A stretch of DNA of 64,000 nt from Mizuhopecten yessoensis (lineage: Eukaryota). The stretch spans positions 182,686-246,685 of the forward strand of contig NW_018480028.1 of the NCBI RefSeq assembly GCF_002113885.1, in the 5' to 3' direction. The position numbers and the translations under genes were made by a program. Positions within the stretch are counted from its first letter, which is position 1; each line of letters opens with the position of its first letter. This document shows, one piece after another, positions 1 to 14,124 of the stretch. Under the pieces are notes generated by a model. It was not told the origin of the DNA. It did not search any database and saw only the letters and a program-made list of their open reading frames with translations.

Positions 1-270
1 CAAAATCTGGTCTGTCAACTTAAAACAATACTAAATATATACAATGATGACAAAATCTGGTCTGTCAACTTAAAACAATACTTAATATATACAATGATGA
101 CAAAATCTGGTCTGTCAACTTAAAACAATACTAAATATATACAATGATGACAAAATCTGGTCTGTCAACTTGAAACAATACTTAATATATACAATGATGA
201 CAAAATCTGGTCTGTCAACTTAAAACAATACTAAATTTATACAATGATGACAAAATCTGGTCATCAACTT
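1..270. repeat. Minisatellite, 50-bp unit, ~5.4 copies (runs off the window start)
   Basis: CAAAATCTGGTCTGTCAACTTAAAACAATACTAAATATATACAATGATGA starts at 1, 51, 101, 151, 201, 251. Confidence 0.97.
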
Positions 271-1331
271 TGAACACAGCTCAATGTTATATAATGATAT
301 CCGAATATGGTAGAAGACCTGTCAACAAGTTAAAAATGAGGACAAAAATGACCTCACTGCATCCGCCGCACCCAGTTATCACGGTTTATCATGGGTTATT
401 GTGATACAGAGTGCTGGTCACAGCTTCCCCTACAACAGAGAGGATTGAAGAGCTCGGCACTCAAGACGTGTCAAAGTGATAAAAACACTCCACAGTACAA
501 ATATAGCAGGATGTGTATAAGACCACTTATACTCTGGGGTGTCTTTACATTATTTCGCTAGAATTTGTCAGATTAGTTCAGATATGCACTTTCATATTGC
601 AGTCTCTATGACACATTGTACAGTGTATTAGAGGATGTCCTGTCAGGGACTCGATACAATATAGCATTATTATATAGTTTGTCACTGGTCGGTTATTGGA
701 ATGGGGGGAGCGGGGAGGGCTTAGCAAAACAAAAGGAAAAGAAGAGTGTAATATATACGTTATATATAGAATGAATTTTTATTCGACTTAGAATGAAGAT
801 ATTTGAATTATGCATGAATTTATGTTTTTCGTATTTTCCCAAATTTACAATTATTCCATGAAATTTTCCCGTCTTTTTGCCAGGGTCCTCTTCTCAAAAT
901 AGAAAAGGGTTTGCATGATTGTATAAATAGCTGACTTTGATATGCAAAGTCACTAGACATAGATGTTGCTGCTCCAAATATCAAAATACCAGTTGATATA
1001 TATCATTTTACACTAAATGTACAGATTGAAAAAAGAAGACTTGGCATTAAGTAGTCTTGCTGACATTTTATCTGCCACATAAATTTGTCAGCTGTCAGAG
1101 AATGCAATACAGCTTAAAACCTTGACAAAAACATGTGAATTCTTAATGGGCTTGCTGAAGTATCAGGTTTGGACAATGAAAGATAAAAGCCATTCGTGTG
1201 CATCTTCACTGTATAATGAAGAAAAAAACAACAATTAATATTCAACAGGTTAGCAGCTTTGTTGGCTTATACATATCAAATGGTTCTCCTCCAAATTCGG
1301 GTTCATTAAAAAGCCTTAAGTGACCAGTATT

Positions 1332-1422
1332 TTAACTAGTTCACCCCTGAAATTTCATAATGAACTATTCTAACCTTTGAACTGGAAGGGTTCAAATGTG
1401 TCTTCAGAGGTGAAAGAGTTAA
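1332..1422 (+). mobile_element. 83-bp TTAA-flanked hairpin MITE (piggyBac-like termini), copy 1
   Basis: TTAA-CTAGTTCACCCCTGAA...TTCAGAGGTGAAAGAG-TTAA; same sequence as copies at 12350 and 59153. Confidence 0.85.
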
Positions 1423-1619
1423 TGTGAAATTGGCCAGTATTAAATTATTAATGCCATCCTCATGTTCAATAGATTTTGCAGAAAAGAGCCCTGAAAATCA
1501 GCTATTTCTATGATACATGATTTAAGTAAGATTTTGAGGACCCCACTCGATGCAGTACCCAGTTTATATAAATGTTATCCAGACTTGAAATAGTTGATCA
1601 TTTACAGTTTGGACTACAT

Positions 1620-2251
1620 TTAATACGACCGTCAAATTCGGTATGGCGTTGTCCGGCCGGCATAAACTTTGTTCGTCCGGCAATCTTCTCCTACTACATT
1701 TTTCGACCGATCTCTTTGAAACTTGGTATACATTATAATCATGATATGAAGTTGTGTCTCCTTTAAAAGAACTTTGATTCAACAATTTTTTTTTCAAAAG
1801 TTATTGCCCTTTGTTCATTTCAGTATTTGAATTNCTGGAATTATAACACTGAATTGACAGTTTGATACTTTGAAAATTTTGAGCCAGCCCTACCCCCAAG
1901 GGCTGTAGGGTGGGGCCCAAAGGATNCTTCATTTCAGTATTTGATTTTAGTCCGGAAATCTCCTCCTACATTTTGCAACGGATCTCTTTGAAACTTGGTA
2001 TACATGATAATCATGATATGAAGTTGTGTCTCCCTTAAAAGAATTTTGATTCTACGATTTTTGCAAAATTTATTGCCTTTTGTTCATTTCAGTATTTGAT
2101 TTTTTTGTCTGAAGATTTTCTCCTACATTTTTTATAGCATATCAGCTAACCACTCTTAGAATGATGCAGATCTTATTTCAATGTAAGAAAGTATATAACA
2201 CTATATGGCATTCGACAGGCGTATTTTGTTCCACCCCGCGGTACTCTTGTT
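1620..2251 (+). mobile_element. Non-autonomous Helentron/DINE-1-like element with internal tandem modules
   Basis: 5' T-run + AATACGACCGTC; imperfect inverted copy GACAGGCGTATT near the 3' end; 3' end ...CTCTTGTT as in the 17116 element; internal module (ATCTCTTTGAAACTTGGTATACAT...CATTTCAGTATTTGA) present about 2.5 times. Confidence 0.65.
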
Positions 2252-4805
2252 GATATAGTGATATATTACGATAACTATAAAAAAATAATCTTGAAACAGG
2301 TAGGTAACAATAATTTATCTTATATATTTTTACACACTGAACAAAATTCAGGAGAAAGTGTGGCTTACGCTTGTAGTTTGTACACAGTACAAATCTGAGT
2401 AATGAAAATAATGTATTAACAGTTAATCTACAGCCGACATCATTTCCGAATATAGTTTGAAGATAAATATGATATTGTTCTAACAAGATACTGCTTATAA
2501 AAAATTTAGGAAGTTTGACTGTTGAAAATATTCTGTGTATTGGAAATACTGCGCTCCCTTCATAATAGTAAGAGCCCTGTAGCACTCAGCTCTGTGAAAT
2601 TTCTGAAATAAATTTTTATTTAAATTCCTTGAATTTTCATTTTACAAAATGGTTACTGTGTTAGTCATTGATTACACTCATGTCATACTTTACGTTAGAT
2701 GACCTATTGCTATTGTCTTGTCATAAACTGAAAAAGATAAGGAAATGATACCACAGACTTCGAATGTGTTATGGTGTCACAATGGAGACTATAGAAAAAA
2801 TAAATCCAATATGGCGGGATAATGGACATAAAGAATGACCTTAAAAATATGTAATTTTTTTGCAGTATTCACAAAAACTTATTGATCTTACGGTTAGAAC
2901 ATCTTGAAGTTTTTATTTCATACAATCTTTTTTGAAATGCATCATAAAATTTCTTAACCGAGTTTCGATAAAATGGTAAATTCCTTGTTTAATAAATCTC
3001 ATATGAAGAATCATGTGTTAAATTTTAATTGATAAAGAATCTTTTGTTAAGTTTTTGTTTCCACTGCCCGTGGACTAGAGGGATTTCTGATATAAAGTTC
3101 TAATGCATGTCCTGGCAGTGGGGATCTTAAAATATCTTCACTTGTTCTCCCTGACTGTGTAACAGATTTACAGAAATAGCCAGGATTTCTATGGTGCAGT
3201 TTAAATGCACTCAATTCCATTAAAACACAGTGAAGTTTGCATTTAAGGAGAAGCTAGTTATTATTCTGCCATTTGCTGCACACAGGCATGTGAAGTTTGT
3301 TTATTAAGATTGCATGTTGAAGAGCTATATATGGCCAATTTCTGTCTGATTGTAGTGCCAGAAGGCGAAATTTCAACCAAGAAAAAACTCAAATTAATCT
3401 ATGTTTCTGGATGGAATCAAATATAAGATTTTTATTCGGCGAAGTTGAATTCTTAAATCGAATTGTACATGAGGTTCAAAGAGTGAGTGTAACATTTTAC
3501 ACAGCAATACTATATAGTTTACTGTTTGTTTCTGTTGCTGAAACCGAATGCATGTTCAAACCTTTTCAGCGGTGGAGAGAAAATACATATAAAAATGTAA
3601 GTGATTGAAGTCGTTTAGTTGTGTACAGATGTCCTTTGGTTCAGAGGCCAAGGCATAGAAACCTTACAGTTATTTCTTCATTGATCACATAACAAACAAA
3701 TTCTCTAACACAAATAACTTGTAACAATCGACAGGTTGAGAGTTCCTGCCAATAATGAGATTGACTTCTGTTTGAAAAAAAATGTATTATTACTTTGGTT
3801 GGAAGCTGATCCTCCGGAACAGGAAAATATCCTCACTACATGTATTAATACTAATTTTAGTGTGTAAAGTGAAGTTTCAACCTCGTACACCATCTAAAGG
3901 GAATTCCGTGCCAGGATTTATCTCCTCACTATAGTCACGACACTGCTGTGTTAATTAGTTAGAGGTTGTTCATTAGTTATAATGGGAAAGTCATTTTGGA
4001 AGATAGTTTTAGATTTATTGTGTAATATTATAATATAATATGGTTTTGATATGCTTCAATATCCTTATCAGCCTGCAACCTGATTTACTATAAGGTTAAA
4101 CCAGTGACAGACAGTTTCTCTGTGTGGTAGAATATAGATGTACTTTCAAATCCAAGGAGCCTCATATTTTACCTTGGGTTCAGAGTTTTAAAGTCAAATA
4201 CATGAATATATCCTCAACCTGACTTTTTCGTTTTCCCCATTAATCAAATGCTTATAGAAAGTGTGAAATACCTTGGTTTGACTACAAGCTATACAGCTGC
4301 CAAATTATGTTGAAAATTTGTTTAAAATTCTAGCACTTAATTATCCTAAGAATTTCTTTCACTGGCAGATTGTTTGGAGAGTTTTAATTTGAACTTCTTG
4401 AATTCTTGAGAAATAACCATCACACGTCTGTATATCTTCAAAATAGTAAATTTTTGTGGAACCTACATTGGGACCCAAGCTTTCACGGTATGTGTAGTGC
4501 TCGGTAAACTGTACATGTGGTTGTGTTTGAACAGTGGAATGGAATTTGTCTATTTTTGAAAATTCATAATTGTGAGATGCTTTCCTTTGGAAATGTAAGC
4601 TGTAATGTTGGTGTAGGAAATAGCATCACATCATCATGTACACTGCACAGAAAGTATTTATTAACTGGCCCACAACTTAGAAAGGTCATTATAACAGTGA
4701 CATAATTAATCCTAGAAAACAATTCCTTAAATGTTTAAGCTAATACCATGGTAACAGTATACAATTATGGAAATCAACCAATAGGAATTAACCAAAAAGT
4801 TCAAA

Positions 4806-5393
4806 TTTCTCGCCCAAAATAGCTGGTTTTCCGGAGATAAACTCTTGTTTTGACATTTGAATATAAGGGCAGGAAAACAAAAAGCCGTGATAATTGTTCC
4901 ATAATTGTACTGTAATTGTCGGTGATCCGGTGAGCATGTCGTAATTTAATTAATGGGATATTATTACAGTGTTATGTTACACCTATTTCTGTTGCCCACA
5001 AGTGGTTAGTGCATTGTCTGCGCTCGTATGCACATGCCAATTTTCACATGGAGGGCGTGTTGCAGTGTCGGTGCTTGGGAAACGACTTATAATCGCGTAA
5101 TGATGACTGGTGGTTGGGCCCAATTCAACTCTTGTTGGCAAAGAGTTTTTGGGCAAAAATATATATATTCATTGTACAATGAGGCAACTATGTGTTACAG
5201 CCTCACAAGATCTTTTGTAATTTGAATTAACTAAACGGAGGTTTTAAGCACGGTATGATTTGAAAACAATCTTATGCATAAAACTGGAAAAATTATGATT
5301 ACACTATCGAAAATGTTATGAATTTTCTTTATCGCCCAACACAAAAAAAATGGCAAAAAAAATGGAGAACAGCTTTAGCTTTGGGTGAGATAA
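4806..5393. mobile_element. Possible old ~590-bp TIR element
   Basis: TCTCGCCCAAAATAGCTGGTTTTCC at the left resembles the reverse complement of GGAGAACAGCTTTAGCTTTGGGTGAGA at the right; no clear TSD. Confidence 0.3.
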
Positions 5394-5756
5394 AACGTAC
5401 AACAAATGATGTCACTTATATATAATAACTTTATAGCAATTTTCCTGCTGTAATGCAGACAGTTTAATTGTCGGTAAGATCACAGATTATTTAGTCACAA
5501 AGGTGCTAAAATGTGGTAACTTACACAACAATGGTACATTTTGTTGTTTTGTACCCCCTTCAACTTTTATACATCCTGGAAGTCCCGTTTGAGCTACAGT
5601 TTTTTTTACAGAACTTGAAAATGACTTCTTAGTTCAGGACAAAATTGTCTGTTTGGGAATTATATAGGTCATTTAAGTTCTAGCCAACTCTGTTATGGGG
5701 TTATATGTAACCATTCTGAGGTATGTTGTTCGAGTTATTGTCAAGTTGGTTCTACT

Positions 5757-5945
5757 TTTTAGCTCACCTGGTCCGAAGGACTATGATGAGCTTATGCCAT
5801 ACCGCAGCGTCCGTTGTCCGTCATCCATCGTCCGTCATCCATCGTCCGTCCGTCAACTTTTCCTAAAATTTGCTACTAGTCATGAACGACTGAGCAGATT
5901 TTGACCAAATTTAGTCAGAAGCATCATTGGGGGAAGGGGAAATTC
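5757..5945 (+). mobile_element. 5' fragment of a Helentron/DINE-1-like element
   Basis: TTTTTAGCTCACCTG...GATGAGCT 5' hairpin, (CGTC/CCATC)n microsatellite, then a core-like GATTTTGACCAAATTT; 3' part absent. Confidence 0.7.
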
Positions 5946-6002
5946 ATAACAGTAGAACCAACTTTACAATACGTAATACAATTTAAAACAGTAGAACCAA
6001 CT

Positions 6003-6382
6003 GGTACCATATATCCTTAAGTTCCTTAATGTCGTAGTATATGGTACCATATATCCTTAAGTTCTCTAATGTCGTAGTATATGGTACAATATATCCTTAA
6101 GTTCTGTGTAATAGTATATGGTACCATATGTCCTTAAGTTCTCTAATGTTATTGTATATGGGGCCATATATCCTTAAGATCTCTAATGTCATAGTATATG
6201 GTACCATATATCCTTAAGTTCTCTAATGTCATAGTATATGGTACCATATGTCCTTAAGTTCTCTAATGTCATAGTACATGGTACCATATATTCTTAAGTT
6301 CTCTAATGTTATAGTATATGGTACCATATATCCTTAAGATCTCTAATGTCATAGTATATGGTACCATATATCCTTAAGTTCT
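6003..6382. repeat. Minisatellite, 40-bp unit, ~9.5 copies
   Basis: GGTACCATATATCCTTAAGTTCTCTAATGTCATAGTATAT; junction forms the palindrome ATATGGTACCATAT. Confidence 0.95.
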
Positions 6383-6882
6383 GTGAAACAATACGATTAA
6401 CTGCATAATATAATAAAGTAATGGAATCATGACACAAAGTCTAAGGCGTGTTTTTCTATTCTCAACAAAACTCCTTTAGAGAACAACCTCTGTCTGTATA
6501 CCTTGTATTGATTTGTGTTTTGTTGCAAACTTGAGAAAACTTTGTAACCCAATATACAATGTGTGTAGGTCCAGATTTAAGTCTGGTGGTGCCATGGATG
6601 GGAATATTAAACGGAGATGTCTGTTTGGAGGAGGTGTAGGAGTTCTGTGGACTGCTTACTGCTAGCTGAGATGTGCTGCTCCAATACTTTTATCCTTTTA
6701 TGTACTGTTTAAATCCAATATTACAGACAAATTGTCTAGACTGGGATGATATATATATATATATGATTGACCTAGACTAAAGTTGGATAACTGAGAAAGG
6801 TACCTTACCATATATCATATGTCTGTTTACAGGAACAGGTTGGGTTGGGGAGAGGGCTAACTTCTTAAGTTATAGACTGTGG

Positions 6883-7731
6883 ATCTGTAGATTGTCCTCA
6901 TGGGTATTGGTCTGTGGATTGTCCTCATGGGTATTGGTCTGTGGATTGTCCTCATGGGTATTGGTCTGTGGATTGTCCTCATGGGTATTGGTCTGTGGAT
7001 TGTCCTCATGGGTATTGGTCTGTGGATTGTCCTCATGGGTATTGGTCTGTGGATTGTCCTCATGGGTATTGGTCTGTGGATTGTCCTCATGGGTATTGGT
7101 CTGTGGATTGTCCTCATGGGTATTAGTCTGGGGATTGTCCTCATTGGTATTGGTCTGTAGATTGTCCTCATGGGTATTGGTCTGTGGATTGTCCTCATGG
7201 ATATTGGTCTGTGGATTGTCCTCATGGATATTGGTCTGTGGATTGTCCTCATGGGTATTGGTCTGTGGATTGTCCTTCTTGGTAATTAAGCATGTGGATT
7301 GTCCCTCAATGGTATTGGTCTGTGGATTGTCCTCTTTGGTATTGGTCTGTGGATTGTCCTCATGGGTATTGGTCTGTGGATTGTCTTCATGGGTATTGGT
7401 CTGGGGATTGTCTCAATGGGTATACTGGTCTGTGGATTGTCCTCATGGGTATTGGTCTGTGGATTGTCTCCACGGGTATTGGTTTGTGGATTGTCCTCTT
7501 TGGAATTGGGTTGTGGATTGTCCTCATGGGTATTGGTTTGTGGATTGTCCTCATGGGTATTGGTCTGTGGATTGTCCTTCTTGGAATTGGGTTGTGGATT
7601 GTCCTCATGGGTATTGGTTTGTGGATTGTCCTCATGGGTATTGGTCTGTGGATTGCCCTCATGGGTATTGTTGTGTGGATTGTCCTCATTTGTGTTGATC
7701 TGTGTATTGCCCTCATTGGTATTTGTCTGTA
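6883..7731. repeat. Minisatellite, 27-bp unit, ~31 copies
   Basis: GTCTGTGGATTGTCCTCATGGGTATTG; source of several repetitive ORFs in the track. Confidence 0.97.
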
Positions 7732-8480
7732 GAGACGATGCTAATGTTTATATAAATATCTTTACTGAACACAATGCCAACAATTGTTGTGAACAAAGAA
7801 AAGATTGGGTTTCAGTCTCGGAGATTAATGTCACTCTCAAACCTGTTTAATGTGTTGCAAGTTCCATTATCATGTCGAAGGTTTTTTGGTGAGGAAGACA
7901 TATAAATGAGAAACGCTACATGGGTTTGTAACACAGTTGTTGACACATGAAGGAGATGGGGAACAAACTCACCTTACTCAGGCTCCAAGATGACTCAGGA
8001 ATGATTTACTGACTATTTTCCATTTTGGAAAAATAGGAGCCAGTCTAATGGTAACCCAATAAAACATGGAATAAGATTTGAAATTGCAAAGATTCGCCCC
8101 AGTGGCTTTTAGATACGGATGCTGTGAACGTTCCTGTTGTTTCATGTAACCTTTGCATTAAATATCATTGATTTGACGATGGCTGGCTCTCAGATACCAT
8201 TCAGGATCCTTTGTTTCTAAGCTTCTCTCTGTGTGTGTTACATTTGGCCAGTTTTGAGCCATTCCGTAGCATATATAGCCATCGTAAAACTATTGGTTAT
8301 AAAGGTTCAGGAGTTATCTTGGATACAACTATAAACAATTATACTACTGCCCTTTATGGAGAAATGAGAAAGAAGTTGACCTTTTCCACTGAACAAAGCT
8401 GAGGATGACAACCGATAGTAATCATGTGCTTGAAGGAATGGCTTTGAATTCCATCTACACTTGTGTGGAGTGAATCAATC

Positions 8481-8566
8481 ATTGTAATTTGTAATCCTTA
8501 TTTACAGAACTGTTGTTAATTGTGATTTGTAATCCTTATTTACAGAACTGTTGTTAATTGTGATTT
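8481..8566. repeat. 38-bp direct duplication
   Basis: ATTGTGATTTGTAATCCTTATTTACAGAACTGTTGTTA x2.2. Confidence 0.85.
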
Positions 8567-9126
8567 GGCCAGCAGCTTGTTGTGATGAAGGACTGTTTGA
8601 ATATAAGTTTGTTCTATTTAATAACCATGGACCAGTTTTAAAGTAAAATGGGTCAAATTTGAACCCAATATCGTTTAGGAACTTGGTGATTTATTCAGTA
8701 TGATGGAGTTGAATGACAAATATTGTAAATAACACCAAAATTCATCAAATATTGATGGTTTGGACAAAAGAAAGTGCTAACATCAAAATAAAAATAAGGC
8801 ACTTGTGATCAAAGCACTTTACTACAGAATGTCAACTCTTTCTTGTTAAATGAAAAATGTCTGATAAAATTTGTATGTATTGGACCTCTTGCAATTGACT
8901 TAAAGCTGCGCCCTTCAAAAATCTTAATTGAAACCTTCAAACTTTCTCTATGTCAAATGTTAGCCCTTCAACAGTAAAATCCATTTTCACCCAATAGTAA
9001 ATTGGCCCTTCACATTGGTTTTCTATGTATATTATGTTGTCTACGAGTGTTCGTTGTTATGATAAATGCCCTCACTATTGAAATCTTAAAAATGCTGGTT
9101 TAAAAGGTGTACTTTATAAATATTTG

Positions 9127-9513
9127 ATGTCAGATTGACAGTGAAGGGGTCTGACAGTTTAATGTCGGATTGACAGTGAAGGGGTCCGACAGTTTAATGT
9201 TGGATTGACTGTGAAGGGGTCCGACAGTTTAATGTCGGATTGACAGTGAAGGGGTCCGACAGTTTAATGTCGGATTGCATTGACAGTGAAGGGGTCTGGC
9301 AGTTTAATGTCGGATTGACAGTGAAGGGGTCCAACAGTTTAATGTCGGATTGACAGTGAAGGGGTCCGACAGTTTAATGTCGGATTGACAGTGAAGGAGT
9401 CTGAGAGTTTAATGTCGGATTGACAGTGAAGGGGTCCGACAGTTTAATGTCGGATTGACTGTGAAGGGGTCCAACAGTTTAATGTCGGATTGACTGTGAA
9501 GGGGTCTGACAGT
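9127..9513. repeat. Minisatellite, 35-bp unit, ~11 copies
   Basis: ATGTCGGATTGACAGTGAAGGGGTCCGACAGTTTA. Confidence 0.96.
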
Positions 9514-10742
9514 CCAACAGTACAAAGTTATCATTAGACTGCTGTGATTATCTAAGGTCTGTTAGTGTTGATGTTTGGATGGTAGGGGGGGTCAAAATAT
9601 ACCTGGAGTGTATCACAATAATATTGCAATACAGATGTACAGAATGTATTGTATTACATATCCCAATATATTGTCATTTCATTTCTTATAGAAAAGATGC
9701 TCAATTTAAGAAAAAGGTGTTGCCAGAATTATACCAAACTTAATCATTTATAAAATGCATCTCACAGATTTATAATTTTCGTTAAACTAACGAATCAAAT
9801 ACAATGTTTATGAAACTTTAACTGATCCCAGTCACTGGTGATGGCCTGTGGACGGTTATCAGTAGTAGGAATTTGCAAAGTTAAAACAAATAACTGATGC
9901 ATACATTTTCTGATAAATATTGTAATACAGCGATATATTTCATTTCTGTATTGTAATTTGATTAGGATGTGACTGTGAATTGCACTGTAATGGTGTTCAT
10001 TGTGACAGTCCTACTGGGCTGACATTACAAGTACAGCTGTACTAGTGTTTTGAATATGATGAGACACATCATTCTGTTCTGATGTAATGTTGCGACTTAT
10101 ACGATAACTTATTGATGTATTCCACTTCTGAAGATCAATGAGATTTAGTATTTAAATTACTGGACCGTCCTGATTGTACTACTCATTTAATTTGCATGAG
10201 AGGTTATTGATCCCGGTCCTGACCTCATTTGATTATTTAAGACAGTGCTAACACAGCTCCAGGTCCAGACAGCAGGTGATGAGGTCACTGGCTGTTATAT
10301 ATAAACACAAAGATGGACACCAGCACAAAAGATTACATTTAGCACCTGAAGTGAACATTTGTAGTTTGCATCTGTCATTTCTGTGGATCTTTCTGTTAAA
10401 TCCTCCTCAAAATGACATAAACCTATGGTAACACCTACTTCGCATACAAAAAAATGGCACATTGAACCTCAAGGGTACAGGTAACTGAGCTCATTGAAGA
10501 CTTGTTAAATTCTTGTTAAATTCTCATCGGTAATGTTAACATATTTGTATTTAAATGTCATTTTACTTGCAAGGGCTTCGATTCCTTCTTTGATTTCAAA
10601 CTTTTCTAATCAGCTGAATTCCACAATATGTTCTGTAAACTCTGAATCAATCAGTACTGAACTGTATCTGATGTCATAAGGGCATCGCCTACAGTTAAAT
10701 ATATTTTTTTACAGATTAATATTTCTTTGTCCCCTTCACAAA

Positions 10743-10834
10743 GTAACTCATTCACCCCCTGAAGACACATTTGAACTCTTCCAATTCAAAGGTTGGAATA
10801 GTTCATAATGAAATTTCAGGGGTGAACGAGTTAG
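10743..10834 (-). mobile_element. 83-bp TTAA hairpin MITE, copy 2 (reverse orientation, TSDs decayed to GTAA/TTAG)
   Basis: CTCATTCACCCCCTGAAGACACATTTGAACTCTTCCAATTCAAAGGTTGGAATAGTTCATAATGAAATTTCAGGGGTGAACGAG. Confidence 0.85.
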
Positions 10835-12349
10835 AGTCTGTATTACCAAAGTGGTATATCATTCTGAAAGATAGCTATAGGTCACTGAATAATCAGATAG
10901 TGTTATATGATAGCTTTGTTTTTGTTCTAATATGATATGATAAAGAAATATATTGATAGCAGAATTGGTCAAACAAATCCAACTGGACGCCTTTTGGAAA
11001 ACTATAAAATCTGGAATGAAAAAAATAAAAAAATAAATATTAATTATAAGGAGCAATGAAGTTATGTTATTAAAACATAGAGTGCTTTTATGATTATTTT
11101 ATAAGAGCAGGTACGTTTATTACATCTCTTACGGTAACAGAACATTACATAAAACTTTTTAAACTAGGGTGTTTTACTCCGTCAGTATTTTTTTTTACGT
11201 TTGTCAATTGGTTAAGACTCTTTCTTAATAGGTTGTTTTCTCCCCATGAAACTTTTGAAAGGTCGGTGAGCATTTGTCTTGTTGGTGAAGATGTAAGGTT
11301 CTGTTGGTGAAGATGTAAGGTTCTGCTGGTGAAGAATCATCACCTGGTTGACTTCAATTTAAACCTGATGACATATTGCTTTCAGGCGACTGGTATCTGC
11401 TTTGAGTTTAAGTGTTAAGTGCAGAAATACTGCCAGTATGCTGGTGTGATGTTCTGTCAACACCAACCTGTTTTATATACCTTTATACCTGGTGTCTAGA
11501 CACAGGTGCTGCAGCTTCATCATTGGCTCTCCTGCTCCTCACAAGGTCATACCATTTAAATTAATAAAGAAACAGTCTATCATGTGTAGGTACAGTCAGT
11601 GTATATTGAAATTCTACCCAACGATGAAAAATGTATGTAGGAACTGAGGATTGCTGAGGTTCTGACCCCAAATTCTATACTTGATGGTAGAATTTCCATA
11701 CCCCCTATCCCTACATAAAGATTGACCCCCTTTTCCCCCTAGCTTTTACCCAGGAGTTTGGTAAAAAATGACACTGACATTTTAAATGCAACAATAAATG
11801 TAAAGTAGATTTTCTGAAGAATGTAAAACTGGGAGTGGGGGTGGGGAGGCTGTTCGTTTGGCTGACTGTGATTTCCACCAAATCGTCCTTAAGCTGATCA
11901 GTTTGTCAGTTTAATGACATCACTTTGAAATGACTTCATTTTCTTCAGATCATGAGCAGACACTTTAGACTCAAACAGTTATTTCTTTTTTCACCCTTTT
12001 GTATTAGGATTTAGAAGAATGTTACTAAGTTGCAATTTAAGGTTACAATGTGTGCCTGGGTTGAATTTTAATAGTGTAGTTTAACTCCGTGTCCCACATG
12101 GGAAACGTGTTTTTTTCATATGTACAGGTATGGAAAGACTACATCACCAGAATTACGTATCCCAGACCACTGCTAAAAGCTGTAACTATGAACTGGGAAT
12201 GTTTTTACCGGCATGATTAAGAATACGTTGATCAATCATTTCTGGAAAGAAACCCACACTTCAAGCAAGTTTTAAGTAAGAAAAATTTAAGCAGAATTCT
12301 CTAGTGTTTTGCCTGTAGTGGGACAGGAATCCTTAATACAATCACTTCA

Positions 12350-12440
12350 TTAACTCAATCACCCCTGAAAGTTCTTAATGAACTCTTCCAACCTTTGAAT
12401 TGGAAGAGTTCAAATGTGTCTTTAGGGGTAAATGAGTTAA
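12350..12440 (+). mobile_element. 83-bp TTAA hairpin MITE, copy 3
   Basis: TTAA-CTCAATCACCCCTGAA...TTTAGGGGTAAATGAG-TTAA. Confidence 0.88.
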
Positions 12441-12830
12441 TTAAGTACCATATCACTAAACACAGATAGAGCCTCAGTCAAAATGTTAGCCTTGCATTTA
12501 GATTTTCTTGTCCACATCACACAGCTGTTAAAGATTAATATCATTCTGCTATAAATGTCCTGATGTTTTCATCATAGAATGCAGAAATTCTAGCTTCAGA
12601 TGAGGTTTAAAAATTCTGCAGTGTTGACAGAAATCTGTGACAAGTATTATGACAGGTAGTTGTGATGTATCTCTTTTCTAACCATTAATATGTAGCTTTG
12701 CAGAATTGTTTAAAATGAGTTTATGCTGATACTTGGAATTAATAACTTTTGTAATCATCATGCCTCTCTTGTTGAAAATAAAGATGATTTATTATATGAA
12801 CAGTATGGTGTTGTTTCCAGTAGCTAAGTG

Positions 12831-13595
12831 ACCTTCATTCTCAGTAGAAATTCCAGCCAACTTAGTTCCTAACAGATAATCCAGCCACCTTCATTCTCAG
12901 TAGATAATCCAGACACCTTCATTCTAAGGAGCTAATCCAGACACCTTCATTCTCAGTAGATAATCCAGGCACCTTCATTCTCAGTAGATAATCCAGCCAC
13001 CTTAGTTCCTAACAGATAATCCATCCACCTTCATTCTCAGTAGCTAATACAGCCACCTTTATTCTCAGTAGATAATCCAATGGCCAGCCACCTTCATTCT
13101 CAAGAGCTAAACCAGACACCTTCATTCTCAGGAGCTAATCCAGACACCTTCATTCTCAGTAGATAATCAAATGGCCAGCCACCTTCATTCTCAAGAGCTA
13201 AACCAGACACCTTCATTCTCAGGAGCTAATCCAGACACCTTCATTCTCAGTAGATAATCCAGCCACCTTCATTCTCAGTAGATAATCCAGCCACCTTAGT
13301 TCCTAACAGATAATCCATCCACCTTCATTCTCAGTAGCTAATACAGCCACCTTTATTCTCAGTAGATAATCCAATGGCCAGCCACCTTCATTCTCAAGAG
13401 CTAATCCAGACACCTTCATTCTCAGGAGCTAATCCAGACACCTTCATTCTCAGTAGATAATCCAGCCACCTTCATTCTCAGTAGATAATCCAGACACCTT
13501 CATTCTCAGGAGCTAATCCAGACACCTTCATTCTCAGTAGATAATCCAGTCACCTTCATTCTCAGTAGATAATCCAGCCACCTTCATTTTTAGCA
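12831..13595. repeat. Minisatellite, 28-bp unit, ~27 copies; same family as 61950-63425
   Basis: CCAGCCACCTTCATTCTCAGTAGATAAT. Confidence 0.95.
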
Positions 13596-14124
13596 GATAT
13601 TCTTACCACCCACATTTCCATGAGATAATCTGTTAGCCAATTTCAATTTCATACACATGTACATAGAAAATACATTTTGTATCCCAAGATAGGCTGACAA
13701 CCAGATGATTTATTGATGCCTGGATAATGAAAGTAAATTATGGACAGATAGACTTGAAGCATACATTTAACAGGGAAAAATTTCACCTTGATTACAAAAT
13801 AAATTGAGGATCTACCTTATAATATTGTATCTTTTACCAATTGATTTCAGTTACTCTGCTTAAAGCTACTAAAATAACACAGAAAGCATTTAAAACGTAA
13901 TGAAGACACTGATGACTGGTATCTGTACTGTAGGGGGTGGCTGGAGGCTGTATTTATAACTTTGGTACATGTAGGTCAGGCTGCATCTAAGAACATTTAA
14001 ACGTGATCCAGTTGTGGAGCAGGTTTACATTTACTTTATGGTCGTAACATCGGAGGAGGCACCATCCTGGCGGGACCCGTCCAGGGACAAACATCACATG
14101 ATTCTGGGTGTGTTTGTTTATTTT

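Noticed and set aside
6857-7850. ORFs up to 268 aa with periodic hydrophobic or Cys-Pro-His motifs
   Set aside because: A 27-bp unit is stop-free in several frames on both strands; no unique coding flanks or splice context.
8900-9117. Second TTAA/AG-ended (Kolobok-like) MITE
   Set aside because: Terminal similarity (TAAAGCTGCGCCCTTCAAA vs TAAAGTACACCTTTTAAA) is too weak and the right TTAA is absent.
10296-10486. TATATAAA followed by a CAG|GTAACT donor as a candidate first exon of the receptor gene
   Set aside because: No ATG-initiated hydrophobic signal peptide ending in phase 1; both motifs are common in AT-rich DNA.
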